In this document: piece by piece, positions 20,791 through 29,892 of the stretch
Numbering within the stretch: position 1 is the stretch's first letter
Layout: every line of letters begins with the position of its first letter
Assembly (NCBI GenBank): GCA_963813025.1
Contig: CAWEXO010000009.1
Location: 165,149 to 229,148 of the forward strand
Length of the DNA stretch: 64,000 nt
Direction of reading: 5' to 3'
Source: an uncultured Verrucomicrobiae bacterium
Lineage (GTDB): Bacteria; Verrucomicrobiota; Verrucomicrobiia; Chthoniobacterales; JAFAMB01
Program-made: the position numbers and the translations under genes
Notes under the pieces: model-generated
What the model saw: the letters and a program-made list of their open reading frames with translations, nothing else
Database searches by the model: none
What the model was told of the DNA's origin: nothing

Positions 20791-21738
20791 CTAATATTGG
20801 ACCTGCTGCAGCCGACGTTGCCAGCCCAGAAGGTAGACCAAGACCCCCGCCAGAATGATGAGAAGCATTACTCCGGCCACGGCGGCGCCCATAAAAGGAT
20901 CGGCTGGTTGCAACTGATAGCCAAAGAAGGTCCGGAAAAAGAGTGTGCCCAGGATATCAGAGGCAAAGTTTGGTCCCGCGATTGCACCCTGCGTGGCGTA
21001 GATCAACTCAAATGCATTGAAGTTGCCAACAAAGGTGAGCACTGCGACCAACCCCACGGTTGGCAGGATCAGAGGAAACTGAACACTCCAGAAAATCTTC
21101 CATGCGCCGGCTCCATCTACCTTGGCGGCTTCGAGTAACTCTTCCGGGATACGGATGAGGGCAGCTAAAAACAGGATCATCGGAATACCGACGTTCTGCC
21201 AGACAGAGATGAGAGAGAGGGTGGTGAGGGCGGTGGATTCGAGACCCAGCCAGGGCCTGTCTAAACTGGCTAATCCGACAATGTTGAGGACCGTCCGCGA
21301 GATGCCCCAAGCCGGATTCAGGATCAGCTTCCAGATAAATCCAATGATGACTACCGACAGGATCGTTGGCGTAAAGATGATGGTGCGATAGATCCAGGTG
21401 CCTCGGACACGGCTTGCCAATAACGCTGCCAAGAGCAAACCAACGGGGTTCTGCACCAGCATGTGAATGAAGAAAAATAAGGCGTTGTTGCGCAGCGCGT
21501 TCCACAGCGGTTTCAGCCACTCCTCATGGCTAAACAAGATTTGATAATTTCGTAGGCCAACGAAGATCTGCGTTGATTGAGCGTTCTGGTTGTTCAGCGA
21601 TAACCAGAGCGAATCAAAGATTGGGTAGATCATGAAGACGGTGTAGATCAACACCGCCGGCATCAGGAAAACCAGGAGGTGAACGGGAAAGGAACGGCGT
21701 CTCCTCATGGCAGATTGAGCGCTGAAGGCGCGCCTCAT
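20791..21738 (-). CDS. Carbohydrate (CUT1) ABC permease
   Basis: EAAKVDGAG EAA loop, multiple TM segments. Confidence 0.92.
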   Translation of the reverse strand: MRRAFSAQSAMRRRRSFPVHLLVFLMPAVLIYTVFMIYPIFDSLWLSLNNQNAQSTQIFVGLRNYQILFSHEEWLKPLWNALRNNALFFFIHMLVQNPVGLLLAALLASRVRGTWIYRTIIFTPTILSVVIIGFIWKLILNPAWGISRTVLNIVGLASLDRPWLGLESTALTTLSLISVWQNVGIPMILFLAALIRIPEELLEAAKVDGAGAWKIFWSVQFPLILPTVGLVAVLTFVGNFNAFELIYATQGAIAGPNFASDILGTLFFRTFFGYQLQPADPFMGAAVAGVMLLIILAGVLVYLLGWQRRLQQVQY

Positions 21739-21778
21739 GAAAGCTGCGCGACCAGTGAGAACGATATTCCCGGCCTCG

Positions 21779-23050
21779 CTAGAAATTTTTTATCGGTTTG
21801 AACCAGGAAGTCAGGTCCTTCTGAACAAAATCGGCCGCTTGTTGCGGAGTCATGGTGCCGTTCAACACTTGGGCGCAGGCATTCCAGAGGTCGTTTTCAT
21901 TATTCGGATTCGCGTTCCGGGAGAGGATTTGATAAGAAGATCGGAAGGTCGTTGGCCACTTCGTTCGCCAGCTCAGGAATTCCTGGGCAACCGGATCGTT
22001 TAGCGTATATTTCACGTTGCCTAACGGAAAAAATCCGGGCAGCGCGTTCGCATACAGCTGAGCAAACTCGTCTGAAGCGACCCAGGCGAGAAACGTCCGT
22101 GCGGCTTCCTTGTTCTTGCTCGCAGCGTTAAGTCCCAGAGCGATGTCGGGATGATCATTAATCACCGGTGTGCTTTTCCCCTCAAACGTGTAGGGCGGGA
22201 AAGCGCCGAGATCTAACTTCGGATTCATTTGGCGAAAAACGCTTATGTCCCATGAGCCGGCCGGGTAGATCGCTCCGCGCTCCTGGGCAAAGAGATTCTG
22301 GGAGTCAGGATAAGCCAGCGCCTGGTAGCCTGGAGGCAGATAAGGCCGCCATTTCGCCAAGGCTTCGAACGCGGCCAGGAAACCACCTTCATTGTATTGC
22401 GCGGTGCCGCGGATCAGGCCTTTCCGGCCATTTTCGCCATCCCACAACGTGGGACCGATGTTCTGATATCCCATCGTCGCCGACTCCCATTGATCCTTCG
22501 TGCCGAGAACCAACGGGATGTACTTGCCATTGGCCTTCAATTTTTCGAGCACCGCGAGAAACTCTTGCTCGATGTGCGGGACACTGAGGCCCAATTCTTT
22601 GAAGATGGCTTTGTTATAGAAAAAGCCGTGAATGACCGAAGCCATTGGCACGGCAAAAGTGGTTTTGCCATCATCTGTGGACCACGCCGCCTTCGCAAGT
22701 TCGGAGAAATGATCCATTCCCGGCAGGTCATTGAGCGGGACCAGTTCGCCGGCTTTATAGATGTCCAACGACTTGTCGAACGGTCGACACGTGATCAGAT
22801 CTCCCGCGGTTCCCGCTTTGAGCTTGGCGTCCAATACGGCGTTGTACTCGGTCGGCGCGGTAGGCGAGAACACAACCTCAATCTCTGGATGCTTCTTCGC
22901 GAATGCCGGCAAAATGGTATCACGCCAGATCTTGAGATCGTCATTACGCCAGCTTTCCATGATGAGCTTAACCCTGCTCTGCGCCCAAGTCTGATCAGCG
23001 CAGATCAGAGCGATCAAACTGAAAACAAACAGCCCGAATTTTTTGAGCAT
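21779..23050 (-). CDS. Carbohydrate ABC substrate-binding protein
   Basis: Signal peptide, GFFYNKAIFKELG, adjacent to CUT1 permeases. Confidence 0.9.
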   Translation of the reverse strand: MLKKFGLFVFSLIALICADQTWAQSRVKLIMESWRNDDLKIWRDTILPAFAKKHPEIEVVFSPTAPTEYNAVLDAKLKAGTAGDLITCRPFDKSLDIYKAGELVPLNDLPGMDHFSELAKAAWSTDDGKTTFAVPMASVIHGFFYNKAIFKELGLSVPHIEQEFLAVLEKLKANGKYIPLVLGTKDQWESATMGYQNIGPTLWDGENGRKGLIRGTAQYNEGGFLAAFEALAKWRPYLPPGYQALAYPDSQNLFAQERGAIYPAGSWDISVFRQMNPKLDLGAFPPYTFEGKSTPVINDHPDIALGLNAASKNKEAARTFLAWVASDEFAQLYANALPGFFPLGNVKYTLNDPVAQEFLSWRTKWPTTFRSSYQILSRNANPNNENDLWNACAQVLNGTMTPQQAADFVQKDLTSWFKPIKNF

Positions 23051-23772
23051 AAGGTCCCCATTATTAGAAACCGCTCATCCGGAATCAATCAAAACCAGTG
23101 GCGCCGAGGATAAGCTTGCAACATGTCCGGTTTCACGGCCGGCAATGCCGATGCGACAATGCACGAAACGAGCCGGTAGGCACAGGTTTAGAACCTGTCT
23201 TTGACCGGCGGACACGTCAGATAAATTCGGAGCGCATCTTTGTCCGCCAAGCTGTCAGCCCGCGGGCAGCCACGGTCAGTTCGAGGACAATAATTCAGTC
23301 ATCGCGAAACCTGAGTCCAGCAATTCCGCCGGGTAATTCCACCCGGAGGTCGTATCAGATTGGTCCGGGGACTCCGCAGAGGCCGCGGCCGGTGATGATG
23401 GGTCATGCTTCTGAGACGGATGTTGAGGTGTGTCCATAGGTCATTTTTTGTTGAGGGTTAAGTATTAGATTAGCGCTCCGAAGAGGGAGCAAGGGTCGGT
23501 CGAGCGAGTTCCGTCCGAGTTTGACCGGCGGTCAGACTACTCGGGCGAGACCAGCGAGGAAGGCCCCAGTAGCAATGGATACAGCTACCGGAGTGATAGA
23601 TGATACTTCGGCGACAATCGAGAGATGGCGCGGTCGAAGCAACATAACGAGCGCCAGACTAAGTGGGCAATTCCTGGAAGTCAAGCAGCCGATCAAGCAA
23701 AATACAGATGGGCATTTGCCTTCCTGCGTTCGACTTTTTCAACTTACACGCTATCTATTTGCCAACGAAGTC

Positions 23773-24612
23773 ATGGGCAAAGCTCTTTTGTTTCTTCTGA
23801 TATCGATGTTCGAGATCGGGTCGGCTTGGGCCCAGCGCTCAGTGGAAATTGATCTGACCAACCAGGAAATTTACCTGATGGAGGGCCGTCGGGTGATTCT
23901 GCAGTCGCCAATCTGTTCAGGTCGCGCGGGTCACGAAACACCGACCGGGTATTTTAAGGTAACGCAAAAAGACTTAAATCACGCCTCAAGCGTTTACGGT
24001 TTCTTTGGCAACCCAGTGACCAAGCAGATCGTGGTGCCAGACGCTGACATTTATATGAAAGTTCCTCGCGGCTTGGAATTTGTGAAAGCTCCGATGCGTT
24101 ACTATACCCAGTTTGCGCATGCGATCGGCTTGCATGCCGGATTCCTTCCGGGCATCCCCTCGTCTCATGGCTGTGTGCGTTTACCGGAGGAATATGCGGT
24201 CGCCTTTTTTGAGCAGGCGCCAATCGGCACGCCCGTGCACGTCTTTGGTCATCCCCAAGGCGGCCGGCAATATTGGGCGTCGGCGCGAACCACTCCGATC
24301 GTCGGCGCGCCGTCGGTCGCGCGATTTGGTTGGACCGCCGCTGATCGAGCTTTCGCCGCCCGGGGCGGCGATAATCGCGACTTCCGGCGCAGCCGCGACT
24401 TGGCTTTCGATCAATTCGACTCCGAGTGGGATCAGCGAGAAAAAGCAGTCAAACGACAAATCGCGGAGCTGAAGTCGTTGCGTGATTATGCGCAGGGATA
24501 TCAACGGGAGGACCTAAAATCCCGGATCAAATCCCTGGAGGACTACAAAGACGAACTCGAATCCCGGCGGGACGCCGCGAAAGAAGCGTTGAAAGAGCAG
24601 TGGGGCGATTAA
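23773..24612 (+). CDS. L,D-transpeptidase (YkuD) family protein with charged coiled-coil tail
   Basis: Signal peptide, TPTGYF, IGLHAG..SSHGCVRLP catalytic motif. Confidence 0.85.
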   Translation: MGKALLFLLISMFEIGSAWAQRSVEIDLTNQEIYLMEGRRVILQSPICSGRAGHETPTGYFKVTQKDLNHASSVYGFFGNPVTKQIVVPDADIYMKVPRGLEFVKAPMRYYTQFAHAIGLHAGFLPGIPSSHGCVRLPEEYAVAFFEQAPIGTPVHVFGHPQGGRQYWASARTTPIVGAPSVARFGWTAADRAFAARGGDNRDFRRSRDLAFDQFDSEWDQREKAVKRQIAELKSLRDYAQGYQREDLKSRIKSLEDYKDELESRRDAAKEALKEQWGD

Positions 24613-24786
24613 GAGCGGCAGAGAGGCCGATTCCAAGGACACCTTGTACCACTTTTCCTTCAAGATGCCGATGCCTCGGCGGAAAAGTGGACAGGCCCTT
24701 TGCCGCCGGCCCGCGATGAAGCCTACCTCCCAACGAGGCGCCGATTACACTCGTCACGGCGGGCTTGCGCGTTAGAATATTTCCCG

Positions 24787-26524
24787 TGAACCGCGAACTT
24801 CCAGCATCCCCCCTCCGCAGCCAGCAATGGTTCGGGAGAACCGATAAAATGGGCTTCATCTATCGAGCCTGGATGAAAAACCAGGGCATGCCGCAACACG
24901 TATTCGACGGACGGCCGGTCATCGGCATCTGCAATACCTGGTCCGAACTCACTCCCTGCAACGCGCATTTTCGCGAGCTGGCCGAGTACGTGAAGCGCGG
25001 CGTGTAGGAAGGCGGGCGGTTTTCCGGTCGAATTTCCGGTGATGTCGCTCGGCGAAACGAATCTTCGTCCCACTGCGATGATGTTTCGCAACCTCGCTTC
25101 GATGGACGTTGAGGAATCGATCCGCGGCAACCCGATCGATGGAGTCGTTCTGCTTGTGCGGCTGCGACAAGACCACTCCGTCGCTGCTGATGGGCGCGGC
25201 GAGCTGCAATTTGCCGGCCTTGGTGGTCTCGGGCGGCCCGATGCTCAATGGCTATTATCGACGGCAAGAACATCGGCTCCGGCACCGGCGTCTGGCAAAT
25301 GTCCGAGGAAGTGCAGGCGGGGAAGATAACTCCGCAGGAGAATTCATCGAGGCCGAATCCTGCATGAATCGTTCCCGCGGGCACTGCATGACGATGGGAA
25401 CGGCGTCGACAATGGCTTCGATGGTCGAAGCCCTCGGCATGGGCCTGCCGCAAAACGCCGCTATTCCGGCGGTGGATTCTCGCCGGCAAGTGCTGGCGCA
25501 TATGGCCGGCCGGCGATCGTCGAGATGGTCCGCGAAGACCTGACGATGGACAAGATTCTGACCCGGGAAGCGTTCGAAAATGCGATCCGAGCCAACGCGG
25601 CGATTGGCGGCTCGACCAATGCCGTGGTGCATTTGGTCGCTCTGGCTGGGCGGATTGGTGTTCCGCTTTCCTTGTAGGATTGGGAGCTGGGGACCGAAAT
25701 CGCCTTGCCTGGTCAATCTGCAGCCGTCGGGCGAATTCCTGATGGAGGATTTCTACTATGCTGGCGGGTTGCCGGTCGCGCTGCGTGAACTCGGTCATGC
25801 CGGTTTGCTGCCATCGTGAAGCGCTGACCGTCAACGGCAAGACGATCTGGCAGAACGTCTTGGCAGCGGAGTGTTATGATCGGCAGGTCATTCCGACGTT
25901 CGACGAGCCCTTTAAGGCCCATGCTGGCATTGCGGTATTGCGCGGCAATCTCGCTCCCGACGGAGCTGTGCATCAAACCGTCCGCTGCGACGCCGGCTCT
26001 GCTGAAGCATCGTGGGGCCGCCGTCGTGTTTGAGAACATCGAGGAATTCCACAACCGGATCGGCGATGAAGATCTCGGCGATCGATGAGAATTCGGTCAT
26101 GGTTCTGAAAGGCGCAGGCCCAAAAGGGTATCCGGGTTTTGCCGAGGTTGGCAACATGCCTCTTCCGCCGAAGCTCCTCCGCAAGGGCATAACGGACATG
26201 GTGCGAATTTCTGATGGGCGAATGAGCGGGACGGCGTACGGCACAGTGGTGCTGCACGTGTCGCCGGAAGCCGCCGCGGGTGGCCCGCTCGCTCTAGTCC
26301 AGACCGGCGATATCATCGAGTTGGATGTCAAACAGCGACATTTACACCTGAGTGTTTCTGATCGCGAACTCGCTCAGCGCAGAAAAGAGTGGCGACCACC
26401 GGAAAAGCCGGCTCGTGGCTATTACCGGCTATTTCACGACCATGTCCTCCAGGCGGACAAAGGAGTCGATTTGGATTTCCTCGTAGGGAAGACTGGAGCC
26501 GCCGTGCCGCGCGACAACCACTGA
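24787..26524 (+). pseudogene. IlvD/Edd-family sugar-acid dehydratase (L-arabinonate dehydratase-like), multiply disrupted
   Basis: [39 protein letters not shown]-terminal PRDNH; several frameshifts and TAG stops at 25005 and ~25675. Confidence 0.85.
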
Positions 26525-26684
26525 GCAGCTGATCAGCTGCTCAGGTAACAGTCAATTGAGCGGAGGAAGCGGAGGGAGCGGCTTCAGCGGAGGGATGTAG
26601 CCGGCCAGCTCAGAAGTCGGGTAGCGGGCAGTCCAAGGGCTCTGCGGACAATGTCTGATCAACTAGCTAATTTGCGGTCCTTAG

Positions 26685-28456
26685 CCCGTTATGCGAAGCA
26701 TGACGCGAATTTTGTTCTCGTTGTTTCAGGCAGCTTTAAGGCCAAGAGCACCAAGAAGGTTGTCGAGATCGTCTACGATCTTTTGATAAAGACGATCGAG
26801 CTGGGTTCGTTTGTGCTGTTGGAGTTTGGAGTCGGCCCGGTAGGGCTGAAGTAAGCCGGCAGTCGAGCGGTGAGTAGATGCGTTCAAAGAGTTTGAGAAA
26901 GACCAGACAAATGGAATAGCCCTGTGGCCAGAGGCGATAGCGGCGCGATTTGCGGGAGTTTCTCGACCAAAGCTTTGGCTCTCAATTTGGAAAGATCGTA
27001 TCGAAGCGAAGCCAGACTGTATTGGTCGGCAGGATATTTGCAGAGCGGCCAAAACGTAACGGATAAAGCTCAGCGGTCGTAAAGGTGCTTCCGGCGGCGA
27101 TGTGAGCGAAACGTACCAGGGCATGCATCAAAGCCAGTTGTCGTGGATGGTCGAGTTTCAAGTCCGGGAATGCGTTTGCCACTGGGAAGCACTGTGGGCT
27201 CTGTCAACTTACGCAGTTGACCTCGGTCGACGAAGGTCTCCAGGATGTCCTGCTGAACCGTGAGATAATTGTCGCAGATAGTCGCCAGCTTCTCTCGTAG
27301 TTGGGGTAGGTTTTCCACGGCCTTCTTGATCCCATAGTCGGTGACGTCATTGGTCGCTGGCTCGGTGCGCAGGCACAAGTGATCGCGGACATACTGTTTG
27401 AGGAAGCCCTTTCCATAATGACTGCGAATCACTGGGTTAGGAAGCTCCAGATCCTCGATGACGGTCTGAAGCTTTCCCTTGTACTGCTTAGTGACCTTGC
27501 GACCGAAGATCATGGTGATCTTGTTGGGCTGCCCGATGGTGCGGTTGGCATCGAGCAGTCTCTGGCCGAGTTGATCCAGTGCGGCCCGCCGGTGAAAGAT
27601 CAGGTTGTCACAATATTCCACTTGGGAGAAGAAGAGCCGATGCTGACAGCCGCGCTTCTTTGCGTTCGCTTTCTTTGAAGAATGGAGTCAGACAGGCCAG
27701 CCATTTTTGCCCACAGCTCAGCAGATCGTGGGCAGTCAAGGAATCTGCCAGTTCCTGGAGCTTCTGCGGATGACTGCATTTGAGGAATGCATTGGAACAT
27801 TGCTTAAAATCGATGCCTTCGGTGCGCATGCGGTTAGCCAGCCAGTGGTGCTGATTGAGGCAGACACGTGCTGAAAAGGGCAGATAGGGACAGATTCGCA
27901 CGAACATCCGACCCCAGCGTTGGTCGTTAATGTAAAAGTTGTACTGCACGATCCAGCGCTGCGCCAACTGCAGGTGCCAGCGATCTTCTGCGCCGATGGC
28001 AATCATAATCCGGGCCGGTTCCCTGGCTTTGAGAATCACCACCACCTCATCTTTCTTGGCGTGCTTAAAGTAGGGATCGACAAAGTCATCACGCCTTCCC
28101 TCCGGCGCATCCAGAACAGGGACGCCCCATTTTTCGCAACGGTTCTTGAGCCAGTTCTGAAATTGCTGGGCGATATCGCGCAGACGGTTTCGAGTAACAC
28201 GCTCTGCGTTGCGATACGCATTAAAGAAACCGATCACTCGCTCGGGTTGTTGGAAAGGCTGAATCAATCCGTTTAAGAGAATGCGATCAAAACAACGGTA
28301 GGCAAAATTTGATGCTATTTTTATGGTGTTCGTAGAAGGTGTTCATCGCTTGCTCCTGTGTGGTCAGATACCAGGAACATACCGCTCTGAGCGCCTTCTA
28401 CGACACCACTGACGCAGCCGGAACGGATATCAAGGGCGAAGCCCTTGGCTAGTTAG
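26685..28456 (-). mobile_element. Unclassified TIR-less insertion element bounded by TTAG
   Basis: TTAG at 26681-26684 and 28453-28456; empty site GCGGCCC-TTAG-GTCGGCC at 28615-28632; terminal hairpin 28431-28447. Confidence 0.85.
26726..28346 (-). CDS. Putative non-DDE transposase, ~540 aa after repairing about 4 indels, with C-terminal wHTH
   Basis: RBS AGGAG then ATG 28346; CFDRILLNG, YNFYIND..WGRMFVRICPYLPF, EYCDNLIF, KQYVRDHLCLRTE, LRYDLSKLRAK. Confidence 0.7.
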
Positions 28457-28866
28457 GTCAGCCACTGAGCAGCTGATCAGCTGCTCAGGTAACAGTCAAT
28501 TGAGCGGAGGAAGCGGAGGGAGCGGCTTCAGCGGAGGGATGTAGCCGGCCAGCTCAGAAGTTGGGTAGCGGCCGATCCAATGGCTCCGGGGATAATCTCA
28601 TCGTTAGCCAATTTGCGGCCCTTAGGTCGGCCACTGAGCAGCTGATCAACTGCTCGGGTAACAGTCAATTGAGCGGAGGAAGCGGAGGGATGTAGCCGGC
28701 CAGCTCAGAAGTTGGGTAGCGGTCGATCCAATGGCTCCTGGGATAATCTCATCGTTAGCCAATTTGCGGCCCTCAGGTCAGCTAAGAGCTTCCGTCGCTT
28801 TGGCGCTACCTTCAGCCGCTGAGGCCGCCTCCTCCGCTCCCTCCGCTCCCTCCGCTCAATTGACCG

Positions 28867-29607
28867 TTACCTGGTTACCTGATTCCCTGTACTGATTCTC
28901 AAGGCGTGCAGCAGCTTGCTGTCTACTTTTCCCGTTACTGGCAGATCATTATCAGACTGGAACGAGCGGATGGCATCCTGGGTCGCGTCCCCCATAATGC
29001 CGTCAACCTTTCCATGGTAATAGCCCCGGCGCGAAAGCGCCACTTGCACCGCGACATCGACGTTGCCCGGAGTCGTCGAATAGCTATACCTGGGTCTACC
29101 CGGCCCGTACTGCCCGTTACTCATATAATATCCCTGGTCGGTGGAACTCGGGCTATACGAATATCCAGGGTCGCCGTAGCCGGAGGGACCGCCGTAGTAA
29201 GAGGGGTCGCCATAATAGGAGGAATCCCAACCCCAGCTCCAGCCCCAACCCGGATACCACCAAGGATCCCACCAGAACGGATACCCAAAACCGAAGCTGA
29301 CGAATGACGGGGAATAAAAGAAGCGGCGACCTCGGAAGAAGCCGCGCCGAGCGAAACGCCCCCCTCGAAAGGAGCTCCCTCGCCAATAGCCATAGTTCCG
29401 CCCATTACGCCAAGCGCCTGGCCAAGCCCGTCCGTAATAGCCGCCGCGCCCGCCAAAAGCGTGGCCACCAGCAAAGGCGGGGCCGGAATGTCCGGATCCT
29501 CCCATGCCACCTCCATGAAACGATCCACCTCCCGCAGCGAAACCACTTTCCGGAAAAAGCCCAAAAAGCGCGGTTGCGAGCAAGCAACCGAAGAATTTCT
29601 GAAGCAT
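28867..29607 (-). CDS. Exported Gly/Tyr-rich protein with C-terminal peptidoglycan-binding domain
   Basis: Signal peptide; VQVALSRRGYYHGKVDGIMGDATQDAIRSFQ..LPVTG. Confidence 0.85.
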   Translation of the reverse strand: MLQKFFGCLLATALFGLFPESGFAAGGGSFHGGGMGGSGHSGPAFAGGHAFGGRGGYYGRAWPGAWRNGRNYGYWRGSSFRGGRFARRGFFRGRRFFYSPSFVSFGFGYPFWWDPWWYPGWGWSWGWDSSYYGDPSYYGGPSGYGDPGYSYSPSSTDQGYYMSNGQYGPGRPRYSYSTTPGNVDVAVQVALSRRGYYHGKVDGIMGDATQDAIRSFQSDNDLPVTGKVDSKLLHALRISTGNQVTR

Positions 29608-29892
29608 GATAACGACCTCCAGAGCAATCTATGCCTCTTTTGGTAAAAGTCGATTCCACGGGGTTGCCGGCGTTTTGGAGTGCGCGCGACTTGTCGCCGC
29701 TTTAGGATCCCTGCGGAGCGGGGCAAGCCATCCCGGGACGCGATCACTCCGAAGCTCGATTCCTTTTTCCTTCGGCCGCGCTCCGCGCGATAAGAAAGCG
29801 GGAACACAGCGTTCTGTGATGCATCCTCTCGCGGTGGCTTGCAATTGCCTCCATTTCACGCTTTGTAGGAACACCTTTTCCTAAACCCTCCT

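Larger units (their letters stand above)
26518..28872. repeat. Tandem ~150-170-bp repeat array (units 26518-26684, 28462-28630, 28631-28781) closed by an inverted partial unit
   Basis: Each unit starts CCACTGAGCAGCTGATCA(G/A)CTGCTC(A/G)GGTAACAGTCAATTGAGCGGAGG; inverted copy at ~28832-28872. Confidence 0.9.

Noticed and set aside
26726..28346. MarR-type regulator or several separate small genes
   Set aside because: The pieces join into one ORF across single-base indels, the wHTH is only the C-terminal fifth, and the DNA is a discrete insertion
26518..28872. CRISPR array interpretation of the tandem repeats
   Set aside because: Units are 150-170 bp, the variable parts are homologous to each other rather than unique spacers, and there are no cas genes
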